From contig OZ024742.1 of NCBI GenBank assembly GCA_964016885.1, positions 231,446,001 to 231,510,000 of the forward strand: a stretch of DNA of 64,000 nucleotides. Direction: 5' to 3'. The stretch's first letter is position 1, and each line of letters opens with the position of its first letter. Positions 28,892 to 64,000 of this stretch are shown piece by piece. The notes beneath the pieces were generated by a model. It saw only the letters and a list, made by a program, of their open reading frames with translations, searched no databases and was not told where the DNA came from. Source of the DNA: Eledone cirrhosa (lineage: Eukaryota). A program made the translations under genes and the position numbers.

Positions 28892-29185
28892 CACACATAC
28901 ATACACATATAATCACACATACTATATAGACACACATATATATACACACATACACGCACATATACATACACTTACATACTTATATACATACAGATATACA
29001 CATACATACCTATATATACACACAAATACATACAGACATACATACATACATACAGACAAATACTTACGCATCTATATATCGGTATATACATACAAACACC
29101 ACTACACTCTCACACAACTCAGACATACAAAGAAAAAGGTATATACCTATACACATATACATATACAAATAGAGAAACATATACA

Positions 29186-29249
<64 letters not shown>

Positions 29250-29445
29250 CACATACACACACATACACATACATACACATACATACATGTACACACACAT
29301 AGATATATATACACATACACACATACACACATACATATATAGTCATACACACATACACCTACACGAACATACACATACACATATATAAATATATATATAC
29401 TCACACACACACACATACACACACACACATATATATAAAAAATAA

Positions 29446-29508
<63 letters not shown>

Positions 29509-29839
29509 CATATACATACACACATACATAGACATATATGTACATACATACACATACATAGATACATACACACACATACATACATATATATATACACACA
29601 TAGACATATACATACATACACACACAACATACATACGCACATATATACTCATACATAGAATTAGATATATAATCATACATACATACGCACTTACATATAC
29701 TCATATATACAAATACATACGCATCCATATATGCGTATATACATAGAAACACCACTACAACCTCACCCAACTCAGACATACAAAGAAAAAGGCATATACA
29801 TATACATATATACACGCATTAATAGAGATATATATACAC

Positions 29840-29871
<32 letters not shown>

Positions 29872-30102
29872 ACTTATATATATATATACCCACACACACA
29901 TACAACCATAAATACACATACAAACACCCACATATACATATATATACACATATATATATATACACACACATAAAAAACAGACATGCACATATATATTTTT
30001 TTACACATATATATGCACATATATATACATATACACACCCTCACATATACACACATACACATAAGTTATATTATAATAATAAATAATAAATAATATATAT
30101 AT

Positions 30103-30147
<45 letters not shown>

Positions 30148-30189
30148 CGAATATAGACATATATACACACATATATATACACATATAAT

Positions 30190-31329
30190 ATATCACTTAG
30201 AATTTCTAACCTTTCTTCTAACCAAGATGTATTTGATAAAAATGCGACCTTCTATAACGAAGCTCTAGATAGAAGTGGCCACAAAAATAGATTAGAATAT
30301 ATACCTTCTACTAAAAATACTGAAAGCATACAACCTAATATTACCAACAAACACCAAATGAAAAGTACACACCTAAATGCCACCCACACTATACCCCAAA
30401 ATACCAAATCTTCTAATATAAAGTATAGTAACTCTCAAAAAACTACTCATCGTACAACTCTAATAAATATTAATAATAAAACTCCTAATAAAAAGGATAA
30501 AACACCTAAATCTACAAATATAACTAAAAATGGTTGTGGTGGGATCATTAACATTAATCCTCCTAGTAAAAATCACGATACAACCTATAAAAATAATAAA
30601 AATAATAAACAACATAGAAACCGTAATAGACGGGTTACTTGGTATAATGCTCCATTTAATTTACAAATTAAGGATAATATTGCTAAAAAATTTTTTTATA
30701 TCCTAGAGAAAAACTTCCCGCCAAACCACAAATACCATCAAATCTTAAATAGATCTACAGTTAAATTCTCATACTCTACAACAAATAACATAAAACAAAA
30801 TATAAGTGCCTATAATGCATATAAATGTAAGAAAACCATAAGTATACCACCAGTACATCAAATTAACCATAATATCTCCTCAAATACAGAATTAACGAAA
30901 GGATGTAACTGTAGAAACAAAGCAAACTGCCCATTAAAAGGGAATTGTCTTGTTAACAACATAGTCTATAAATGTAATGTTAAAACTAAAGATTCTATTT
31001 GCTCATATATAGGAGCTACCTCTAACAATTTTAAGACAAGGTTTAATACCCACAAGCATAGTTTTAAAAATGCCGCACTGGCTAATACAACATCTCTAGC
31101 AGAAAAAATCAATAGTTATAAAAATAAGAATATAGAATATGATTTGACCTGGAGTGTGCTCAAAAGAGCCACCCCTTATCAAAATAATAGAAATGAATGT
31201 AGATTATGTTCCCAAGAATTATTTGAAATAATGAAATCTAAGGATATCCTATTAAATAAACGACAGGAATTAATTATATCGTGTAATCATAAACTAAAAA
31301 AAACATTTAAATATTATAAACCTAATTAA
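30190..31329 (+). CDS. C-terminal part of PLE-A polyprotein (end of RT thumb, linker, Cys cluster, GIY-YIG endonuclease); 5'-truncated but uninterrupted
   Basis: RISNLSSN..FYNEALDRSG, VTWYNAPF, CNCRNKANCPLKGNC, IVY..YIGAT..FKTRFNTH, CRLC..E, LNKRQEL. Confidence 0.85.
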   Translation: MSLRISNLSSNQDVFDKNATFYNEALDRSGHKNRLEYIPSTKNTESIQPNITNKHQMKSTHLNATHTIPQNTKSSNIKYSNSQKTTHRTTLININNKTPNKKDKTPKSTNITKNGCGGIININPPSKNHDTTYKNNKNNKQHRNRNRRVTWYNAPFNLQIKDNIAKKFFYILEKNFPPNHKYHQILNRSTVKFSYSTTNNIKQNISAYNAYKCKKTISIPPVHQINHNISSNTELTKGCNCRNKANCPLKGNCLVNNIVYKCNVKTKDSICSYIGATSNNFKTRFNTHKHSFKNAALANTTSLAEKINSYKNKNIEYDLTWSVLKRATPYQNNRNECRLCSQELFEIMKSKDILLNKRQELIISCNHKLKKTFKYYKPN

Positions 31330-32656
31330 TAACATTATTTTAGAAATTAATTTAATTTAAATGTTAGTTAACCTATAAATTTAATTTAATTAAAATTCTA
31401 TTACAGATGAGAATATAAAATATTATGTAATCATAAATTGTGAAAAACCTTTAAATATTACTAATATATACTTAGTAATTTAATTTATAGATTAATTTTT
31501 AATTTATTTAAACCTTTTATTATAATTCTTTTACAGATAAAATATAACAAAATATCGTGTATCCAATGACAGAGAAATAATTTTTAGTATTATAGACCTA
31601 ATTAATATACATTTTAGAAATATATTTATAATTTGGTTTTAATTTTAATCAACCTAAAAATTTAATTTAATTGGCTTAAAATTAGTATCCTTATACAGAC
31701 GAATTGCAGAATGTCATGTAATCATAGAATGGGATGTGTTTTGGATATATACCTAGTTAATATATTCTTTGCAATTTTTGAAAAAATATGTATATGTATA
31801 TGTGTATGTGTATGTGTGTGTGTGTGTATGTGTGTATATATGTGTGTATATATGTATATATATGTATATATATATATATGTGTAAGTATATGTATATGTA
31901 TATGTATTAATTTTGATTTCTATTTGCATATAATTATATTCTGCTATTGATAAAATACAATATCTGTTTTATTTATTATATACCTAATTAACATATACTA
32001 TAGAAATAAATATATAATTTTTAATTTAATTAACCTATAATTTATATTCTACTACCGATGTAATACTTTATTTGTTTTTTCCCTATTACTAAATTCATTT
32101 CCTAATATTGATACCATAACGTTATTAACTTTATTTTAGTTATACTATAATTAATACTCTACTACTATTTAACTTCAAAATTCTGCTTCAAATATTATAA
32201 ACCTAACTAATTTACACCTTAGAAATCAATATGTTAACTATCTTTAGTTTAGTTAACATATAATTAATGGTATACTTATTTATTTTGAAATGCATAAACT
32301 TTGCCTTATTTCTTGTTTATTGTATTTCCTAACACTGAAACTATGTAAAAACATACATTGGATCCAGATACGGATAATATTCTATGTTTCTTGAAACATA
32401 TATTTACTATAATCCCCTTCTCCCCCCCCCCCTTTCCCCCATACTATTATCATCTGTGTTTGTAAGCGTGTATGTATGAATATATATGTAGGTAGGTGTA
32501 TATATGTTTGGGTATTTATATCTGAATATAAAAATACATATATGCGCATGCAAATAAGAATGTAAGATTGTGTGTGTATATATATATGTGTGTATGTATG
32601 TGTATGTGTGTATATATGCATGTGTATATGTGATTGTATGTATATGTGTGTATGTG

Positions 32657-32703
<47 letters not shown>

Positions 32704-32954
32704 ATGTATGTATGTATATGTGTGTGTGTATACATATGTATGTCTCTCTATTTATATGTCTATCTTCGTATCTATGTGGATATATGTGTGTATGTGCATG
32801 TATACACATATATGTGTTTATGTGTATATGTGTGTATGTGTATATATGTGTGTGTGCACACACATATATATGTGAGTGTGTATATGTGTGTGTGTATATG
32901 TATGTGTATATATATATATGTGTATATATATGTGTGTATATATGTCTATATTCG

Positions 32955-33003
<49 letters not shown>

Positions 33004-33236
33004 ATATATATATTATTTATTATTTATTATTATAATATAACTTATGTGTATGTGTGTATATGTGAGGGTGTGTATATGTATATATATGTGCATATATATG
33101 TGTAAAAAAATATATATGTGCATGTCTGTTTTTTATGTGTGTGTATATATATATATGTGTGTATATATATGTATATGTGGGTGTTTGTATGTGTATTTAT
33201 GGTTGTATGTGTGTGTGGGTGTATATATATATAAGT

Positions 33237-33268
<32 letters not shown>

Positions 33269-33599
33269 GTGTATATATATCTCTATTAATGCGTGTATAT
33301 ATGTATATGTATATGCCTTTTTCTTTGTATGTCTGAGTTGGGTGAGGTTGTAGTGGTGTTTCTATGTATATACGCATATATGGATGCGTATGTATTTGTA
33401 TATATGAGTATATGTAAGTGCGTATGTATGTATGATTATATATCTAATTCTATGTATGAGTATATATGTGCGTATGTATGTTGTGTGTGTATGTATGTAT
33501 ATGTCTATGTGTGTATATATATATGTATGTATGTGTGTGTATGTATCTATGTATGTGTATGTATGTACATATATGTCTATGTATGTGTGTATGTATATG

Positions 33600-33660
<61 letters not shown>

Positions 33661-33860
33661 TTATTTTTTATATATATGTGTGTGTGTATGTGTGTGTGTG
33701 TGTGTATATATATATTTATATATATTTATATATGTGTATGTGTATGTTCGTGTAGGTGTATGTGTGTGTATGACTATATATGTATGTGTGTATGTGTGTA
33801 TGTGTATATATATCTATGTGTGTGTACATGTATGTATGTGTATGTATGTGTATGTGTGTG

Positions 33861-33901
<41 letters not shown>

Positions 33902-34148
33902 ATATATATATATATATATATGTATATGTTTCTCTATTTGTATATGTATATGTGTATAGGTATATACCTTTTTCTTTGTATGTCTGAGTTGTGTGTATAT
34001 GTATGTATGTGTGTATATGTATATGTTTATATATGTGTGTGTATGTATGTTCTAAGTGTGGATGTGTGTATATGTATGTATGTGTTTGTATATGTGTATG
34101 TATATATATATGTGTATATATGTGTATGTATATATATGTATATATATG

Positions 34149-34179
<31 letters not shown>

Positions 34180-34802
34180 TTTCTTGATATATTTCTTTTT
34201 TCTTTTTTCTTTTCTTTCCTTTTTAATGTTTATTTATTATTTATTATTTTTTATTTTCTTAGTTTATAGATACATCTATATTAAGCAGTCTGCCCAAACC
34301 ATTGAATACTGACCTCTCCCCCCCTCCCACCTAATTTCTGTATCTTGATCTAAATGTGTGTGCCAGTGTTTATGTGAGTGAATTAATATCCATGTGCTTA
34401 GGATTTTATATCCACATATATATATGTGAGTGGGGGTGTGTGTGTGTTTGTATGTTCGTAGTTATGTGTATGTTTATGCATATACGCGCGTGTGTGTGTG
34501 ATTGTACGGATATGTGTGGGTAAGAAAATATGTATACACTTATTTCATATTTATGTGTCTATACGCATCTATCTGTGCATTATAAACTTACAGAGACATT
34601 AAACCTTGAAATTTTGTATTTGCATCCATCCTTTTGGTATGCGTATACAAGTTGTGCATACATTTTTGTAAAATATGTGTAAGGGGTAGTTACATGTATA
34701 TACACACACCGAACTGCATTAAACCTTTTGTATTTTCATTGGTCAATTTTGTTCCCAAACGGACCTGAAATTTTGAATTGTTGTTATTATCAATAAATAT
34801 AT

Positions 34803-34955
34803 TTCATTATTTCTGAGACGGCGTATATATGTGTTGGTATGTATATTTAATCTTGATAGTTTGTATAATTTTGTATAATTTTGTACATAGATCTGTTGAA
34901 TATGCATGCCAATTCTAACACATATATATCCTAGAAACGATCGTTAAATAATGAA
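34803..34955 (+). ncRNA. Hammerhead candidate, direct copy (core reads CUGAGA, one A short)
   Basis: Same as 27840-27993 except for a 1-nt deletion in the core. Confidence 0.6.
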
Positions 34956-35148
34956 CTTTTTTTGTTTAATATAAGGACTGTTTCATTGTTTATTCATTAT
35001 TTGTTTAATATTTTATCTTGACTCTGTATACCGTTTATCTTCACCGAAAGTGATTTTTCATTACATCTCTTCTTTCCATGATATCCGGAATACATTGAGT
35101 TCTTCATATGGATTGGACACTACCGTAAACTCTTGGTAGATTTATCTA

Positions 35149-39301
<4,153 letters not shown>

Positions 39302-39511
39302 ATCGTCATCGTCATCATTTTACGTCCGCTTTTCCCTGCTTGCAAGGGTGGGACGGGAACTGATTCTGGCTTGATTTCTACAGCTGGATGCCCTTCCTAA
39401 CACCAACCTCATTTACAGTAAGTGCTGGGTACTTTTTTGCCGTGGCACCTCCACGACCACTTTGCAGTGGAATGATAGAGACCCCAGTCACTATCATCTC
39501 ATTTCTACAGC
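39302..39511 (-). mobile_element. SINE 3' portion
   Basis: Matches 5088-5294. Confidence 0.9.
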
Positions 39512-39660
39512 TTTGAAAAGAAGAACTGCGAAACCGGTAAAGGAACCAAATAAATATATATATTTAAAAAAAAAATAAGACTCCAGTTACTCTTTATACT
39601 TTCACTCGTGTAGGACACCTCGGTTATTTTCATTTTGTAAAAAAAACCTCACTTTCTAAT
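39512..39660 (+). mobile_element. Possible PLE terminal fragment (further family) with hammerhead 3' half
   Basis: CGAAAC-CG-GTA (palindromic ACCGGT stem III, GUA triplet) followed by AATAAA; no CUGANGA half present. Confidence 0.35.
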
Positions 39661-39677
39661 ATATATATATATATATA

Positions 39678-40049
39678 TGTAGATAAATCTACCAAGAGTT
39701 ACGGTAGTGTCCAATCCGTATGAAAGAACTCAATGTATTCCGGATATCATGGAAAGAAGAGATGTAATGAAAAATCACTTTCGGTGAAAGAAAAACGGTA
39801 TACAGAGTCAAGATAAAATATTAAACAAATAATGAATAAAACAATGAAACAGTTCCTTATATTAAACAAAAAAAGTTCATTATTTAACGATCGTTTCTAG
39901 GATATATATGTGTTAGAATTGGCATGCATATTCAACAGATCTATGTACAAAATTATACAAAATTATACAAACTATCAAGATTAAATATACATACCAAACA
40001 CACATATATATGCCGTCTTCAGAAATAATTTCTGAAGACGGCATATATA
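39678..40049 (-). mobile_element. Solo PLE-A 3' end (reverse complement of 34806-35148) with intact hammerhead core (39876-40029) and a 22-bp fold-back
   Basis: Sequence identity to the PLE-A terminus; palindrome at 40005-40049. Confidence 0.88.
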
Positions 40050-40091
40050 AGCTCTCTGAACTTTTTCCATCCAATATATATATATATATAT

Positions 40092-40150
<59 letters not shown>

Positions 40151-40197
40151 CATATATATATATGTACATATATATATATATGTAGATATATATATAT

Positions 40198-40548
40198 ATC
40201 ATCATCATCATCATCATCATTTCATTTTACGTCCGCTTTTCCCTGCTTGCAAGGGTAGGACGGGAACTGATTCTGGCTTGATTTCTACAGCTGGATGCCC
40301 TTCCTAACACCAACCTCATTTACAGTGAGTGCTGGGTGCTTTTTTGCCGTGGCACCTCCACGACCACTTTGCAGTGGAATGATATGGACCTCAGTCCCTT
40401 TCATCTCATTTCTACAGCTGAGTAAACTGGAGCAATGTGAAATAAAAGTGTCTTGCTCAAGGAAACAACACATCACCCGGTCTGAGAATTGAACTCACAA
40501 CCTTTCGATTGCAAGGCCAATGCTCTAACCACTAAGCCATGTGCCTCC
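40198..40548 (-). mobile_element. Full-length tRNA/CORE-type SINE (~330 bp + tail)
   Basis: GGAGGCACATGGCTTAGTGGTTAGAGCATTGGCCTTGCAATCGAAAGGTTGTGAGTTCAATTC head (pol III A and B boxes), CORE-like segment and RTE tail with (GAT)n. Confidence 0.92.
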
Positions 40549-40551
40549 ATT

Positions 40552-42175
<1,624 letters not shown>

Positions 42176-42790
42176 ATGGTGGCTGCCAACTCGTTTTCGA
42201 GTACGGCCACTACTTTATATCCATGTTGTAGAACCCCTACCGATGCGCTGAACGAGTGTGACTTTTTAGTGCAGCCAGCGACTTGAAAACTCTGGTACAA
42301 ACACTACAATTGTGACAATTATTGACACATAGCGCTGGGCCTATGGTACCATGTGACAACAAGTGCAGAGAGATCTCCAGATATAAAGCAATGCCTGTGC
42401 CGTGAAGCTTTTTATAGTGAGCAAAGGCACTGCACAAAGCCAGTCCCACTCTCTTAACCAAGATGATATTTACCAAAAAGAAGAACAAGTCCAACATCAT
42501 TGGATACCATCAGGGTATGCAGGTGTTATATCAGAATTTTCCTTCTCCTAGAATTCTGCCTTGACAACGCTAAGGGGTAATCTCTCCCAGTGATTTTTGG
42601 ATGGCCATTGACTCTTAAGAGCTCCTTTGCCCTTTGACAGGTTTTGTTTTTAGTCCTGCAGGTTGTCCAAAGTCACCCTCCTCACCAAGAAACCTTGGTG
42701 GGGTTGCCAGTTTAGTCGCCAACGACCCGACCATGAGAGGTTGGTACTGGGATACATGTTACCAGTAGCACCAACTGGTGACCTGACATA
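42176..42790 (-). mobile_element. E610 retroposon, full length
   Basis: Same termini as 22638-23250. Confidence 0.85.
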
Positions 42791-42810
42791 CATATATATA
42801 TATAGTATAT

Positions 42811-43004
<194 letters not shown>

Positions 43005-43214
43005 TTTCTGAATTTGTTTAGCAAGATTCTTTATCTGAAATCGTGTGTTGAAACCGATATTGTTATACTTTGGGAGGGTCATGTTGCCAATAAGAAACAC
43101 ACGCACCAGTTGCTTTCACTTCAATTTATTATATATTTATATATTTACAAATTTATAAATCTATAAATTTCTGGTTGGTTGGTTGGTTCCAAAACCAGAT
43201 AGTTGTTTATATAT

Positions 43215-43259
43215 AGTCATAGTCCTTTCGTCACACACTCTGTGACCTCTTCAGTGACT
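43215..43259 (-). ncRNA. Minimal type I hammerhead ribozyme candidate
   Basis: AGUCA-CUGAAGA-G-GUCAC-AGAGUGU-GUGAC-GAAAG-GA-CUA-UGACU. Confidence 0.7.
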
Positions 43260-43484
43260 GGGGATTCCTTTCTTTGTTTCTGTGCCTCTCCTTTCTCTGT
43301 CCTACGCCATTTTGTTTCTGTGTGTGTGTTGTGTGCTCAGTTTGCGCATGCGGCACATCCGTGTGTCTGTGTGTGTTTATGTTCATTTATCTATTTGTTT
43401 ATTTATTTATTTATTTACATGTTATTGGTTGGTTGTTTGTTCTATGTGTGTGTGTGTTTTCATTTTGTCCTTAATTGTAAGTTC

Positions 43485-44285
43485 TGGTGTTGCTGTTCCA
43501 CTCATATTTTCTATTTAATTTTGGTTGTAATTCTTTTATGTTTATTGCCTCTGTAATTTGTCTAAACATTGCATCTTTTCTGTGTGTAGATTCTATTTTT
43601 ATTTCTATGTTCTCTAATTTACCCTACTGTTCTATCTTAGCATGTTGGTAGAGTACAGATGATTCTTTATTATCTTGAAGGTCTCGCCAGTGTTCATTTA
43701 TCCATTCCCCTATACTACGAGCTGTCTCACCTATGTACACTATATTTTTGTTTCTACATTATCCTTCAGTACATCTTATGCTATACACTACATTTCTAGT
43801 TTTACAGTTAATATGGGGGCTTATTTTACAGGTTATACATTTCTTATGTATACATGAGGGTCTTTGAAAAGGGTATGTCTTGCTAATAAGTGTTTTTACG
43901 GAGGTACCTGGTCTTTCTACTATCTTAATATTGAGTTTATGTTTATATAGGGCCCTTCTAAATTTGTAGGCTAGTTCGCCTCTAGGGGTTGTATCGATGA
44001 ACATTACACTCTGGTATTTATTGCTATCATACCATGAGTTTATTCTATTAGCCTTGTTCCTAGTTCTTTCTATTCTATTCCAAAATTTGCTCCTATACAA
44101 GGGGCAGGTCCCATTTATGTCATTATTTACCATTTTTTCCCATTTGGTTCTGGCTCCTCTATACACTCTGATTCTATCTCTCTGATTGTAGCCAGAGAAC
44201 TGCATACGGTGGATGAAGTGTTGTATGTGTCTCTCTAGTTCTTCGGGGTTGCACATGCGGGACACATTTCTCATCACCCGTACCA
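43485..44285 (-). pseudogene. PLE-B thumb/linker/GIY-YIG coding remnant with two in-frame stops and a frameshift
   Basis: MQFSGY..PLYRSKFW..SVMFIDTTP..IKIVERPG..CxxxxCxxC..NCKTRNVVYSIRC..*..IVYIGETARS..EH..RQITEA..LNRKYEW. Confidence 0.85.
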
Positions 44286-44360
44286 TATATAATAAATTGA
44301 AGTGAAAGCAACTGGTGCGTGTGTTTCTTATTGGCAACATGACCTTCCCAAAGTATAACA

Positions 44361-44391
<31 letters not shown>

Positions 44392-44692
44392 GAGAATAAA
44401 CGTGATGCGTGGTTGCAAATGGGTTATATATGAATAAAGTGGTCCTTCATCAGTGATCTTCCAACCATCATCGGTATTTCTTCACTTTAAAGACCATATA
44501 CCTCTGGTTGGTGCGAGCAATGGCTAAAGAAAGTCGTTGGGACACGTAAATAAAGGGAACAGCGAGAGTGTAAACAAACAAAGATGGTGAAGCAACGAAA
44601 AGTGAGGAAGAACGAGTCAAGTCCCAAATTTCCATGAATATAAGTTCGGTGAAATCGTGAACGAGAGAGAATAAAGACCATCAAACCTGGTT

Positions 44693-44892
44693 NNNNNNNN
44701 NNNNNNNNNNNNNNNNNNNNNNNNNNNNNNNNNNNNNNNNNNNNNNNNNNNNNNNNNNNNNNNNNNNNNNNNNNNNNNNNNNNNNNNNNNNNNNNNNNNN
44801 NNNNNNNNNNNNNNNNNNNNNNNNNNNNNNNNNNNNNNNNNNNNNNNNNNNNNNNNNNNNNNNNNNNNNNNNNNNNNNNNNNNNNNNNNNNN
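44693..44892. other. Assembly gap (200 N)
   Basis: Run of N. Confidence 1.
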
Positions 44893-45174
44893 CTACACCT
44901 GTGACAATTATTGACACACAGTGCTGGGCCCATGGTACCATGTGATGACAAGTGCAGAGAGATCTCCAGATATAAAGCAATGCCTGTGCCGGGAAGCTTT
45001 TATAGTGAGCAAAGGCATTGCACAAAGCAGTCCCACTCTCTTAACCAAGATGATATTTACCAAAAGAAGAACAAGTCAACATCATTGGATACCATCAGGG
45101 TTGCAGGTGTTATATCAGAGTTTTCCTTCTCCTAGAATTCTGCCTTGACAAAGGCTAAGGGTCATCTCTCCCGG
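44893..45174 (-). mobile_element. E610 retroposon fragment (3' part lost in the gap)
   Basis: Matches ~21368-21653. Confidence 0.85.
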
Positions 45175-62703
<17,529 letters not shown>

Positions 62704-63312
62704 GTACTTTATGTAAACATGAAAACCTTAGGCACTATTCCAGTGAAATAATTAATATGTGAGCTCGGTGTCTTTTTTGACAACAGTAAAAGCGCATCAT
62801 GAAATAGAGAAGTGAAGTGAATAATAGACACTATTATATACAAGGCATAATATTGTAAAAGTTATGACATCACTTAATGTATGAACATCAAGCTTGAAAC
62901 GATAAATTATACAATGTCAAATCTATAACTTAACTTCGTAATCTGTTAGAAATTGCTGGTTGTGAAATATACAAAATGATATTGTTAGTCTCAAGGAAGC
63001 GTACCTTTTGTTTCAAATACAAAGAGTAAATTAAAATCTGAATGAGCCGAATTACGAAAGATAACTCTTGTCTTACTTAATCACGAAAATTCACACAAAT
63101 AACCAAAACTTTTTTCATGTCTCCAAAGGCCCCAATATGGATTTTTGAAAGCCTTTGTAGATCATGTACAGGTTTTGTGCAAGGAGAAGCTCTGTAAACA
63201 AATTCAAAGAAATCGCATGCATGGTTTAGAATATATGAGTCCTCATTAAAAATTGTCCACACACACATATACAGAAAACTTCGTCTTTATATATATATAT
63301 ATATATATATAA

Positions 63313-63690
63313 CTTCGTTTTTGTATTTGTTTTGCAAGATTTCTCATCTGAAAATGTATGTTGAAACAGATATTGTTATACTTTGGGAGGATTATGCTGC
63401 CAATAACAACACAAACACACCCGTTGGTTTTCACTTCAATTTATTATAATAAAAAGGTGCAGAAAGATACAGCTCACAAAAAAAAAGATGGTGTACGACA
63501 GAACAAAAGAGAGACACAAAATAACAAATTAGTCAGTGAGGAGGTCACAGAATGTGTGATAAAAGAACTTTGACAATAAACAACCATCCAGTTATTTAAC
63601 TAACCAACAGGAAGTTTACAATAAATTGAAGTGAAAACCAGCAGGTGCATGTGTTTTTATTGGCAGCATGGCCCTCCCAAAGTTAACTAT
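63313..63690 (+). mobile_element. Older diverged PLE-B-related terminal element with inverted ends and a decayed hammerhead
   Basis: 63313-63448 resembles 43001-43135, and 63619-63690 is its inverted copy. AGTCA-GTGAGGA-GGTCACAGAATGTGTGAT-AAAAG-AA-CTT-TGAC at ~63531-63573 is a mutated version of 43215-43259. Confidence 0.75.
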
Positions 63691-63786
63691 ACATATATAT
63701 ATATATATCAGGATTAAACCAGTCTTATACTAATTAGACTATTATTCAATAGAATATTCGATACTTGGGATAGTTGAGTGTGACTA

Positions 63787-63896
63787 TATTAGAAAGGGTC
63801 AGGGTCCAACGGCTGAGCTCTTGCTAGTTCCACATGTCTGGAACTAGCTGTTGAAACGGCAAGAGCTCAGCCATCAGGCTCTGACTCTTTCTAATA
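63787..63896. mobile_element. Imperfect palindrome related to 24347-24500 (PLE-C-like terminus)
   Basis: GCTAGTTCCA-CATGTC-TGGAACTAGC-TGTT-GAAACGGC-AAGAGCTCA-GCCATC has the same architecture. Confidence 0.6.
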
Positions 63897-64000
63897 AATA
63901 TATACATACACACACTAGATACTGAATAAATCAATATAATCCAAATATAAGGAAGCCGACCCCCACCACATATAATTCTATCAATGATGAGGCTAAATAT

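Larger units (their letters stand above)
27778..35148 (+). mobile_element. Penelope-like element A: 5'-truncated body (30190-35148) preceded by an inverted copy of its 3' region (27778-30187)
   Basis: GIY-YIG ORF; 27778-30187 is the reverse complement of ~32915-35016; 132-bp 3' extension; hammerhead motif near the 3' end. Confidence 0.88.

Noticed and set aside
40475-40548. tRNA gene
   Set aside because: A and B boxes are present, but there is no complete acceptor stem and it is fused to a SINE body.
43630-43761. Selenocysteine or stop-codon recoding in the PLE-B ORF
   Set aside because: The in-frame stops are TAA and TAG, not TGA, and a frameshift follows; this is ordinary decay.
44440-44460. 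CUGAUGA hammerhead core on the minus strand (also CTGACGA at 4615 and CTGAATGAG..GAAAG at 63038)
   Set aside because: No correctly placed stem II, GAAA and stem I partners.
63240-63300. Helitron/Helentron-like terminus
   Set aside because: Only a vague resemblance (CA-rich run, then CTTTATATA); no subterminal hairpin or partner end identified.

Overview
AT-rich eukaryotic (animal) genomic DNA with no recognisable host gene. The repeat families resemble those of octopod cephalopods (inference). More than half the window is interrupted (TA)n microsatellite, so the long 'YIYI' ORFs are artefacts. The arrays are studded with retroelements. (1) One apparently intact RTE-clade LINE (11108-14919; 1095-aa APE+RT ORF) and three 5'-truncated RTE copies from three related families. 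(2) Six copies or fragments of a tRNA/CORE-type SINE that shares its 3' parts with these LINEs. (3) Six same-strand copies of a ~610-bp non-autonomous bipartite RTE derivative. (4) A truncated CR1-group LINE. (5) At least three Penelope-like element (PLE) families with GIY-YIG fragments, inverted terminal copies and type I hammerhead ribozyme motifs. The first 4.5 kb holds older SINE relics, TTAA-bounded MITEs and a deleted Tc1/mariner. There is a 200-N gap at 44693-44892. The most notable observations are hammerheads (one with a ~110-nt stem II), PLE mini-palindromes that fold back at ribozyme stems, a tandem hairpin+pseudoknot RNA module shared between LINEs and the SINE, and a short RTE ORF fragment captured at a PLE junction. 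All RNA structures were folded by eye.
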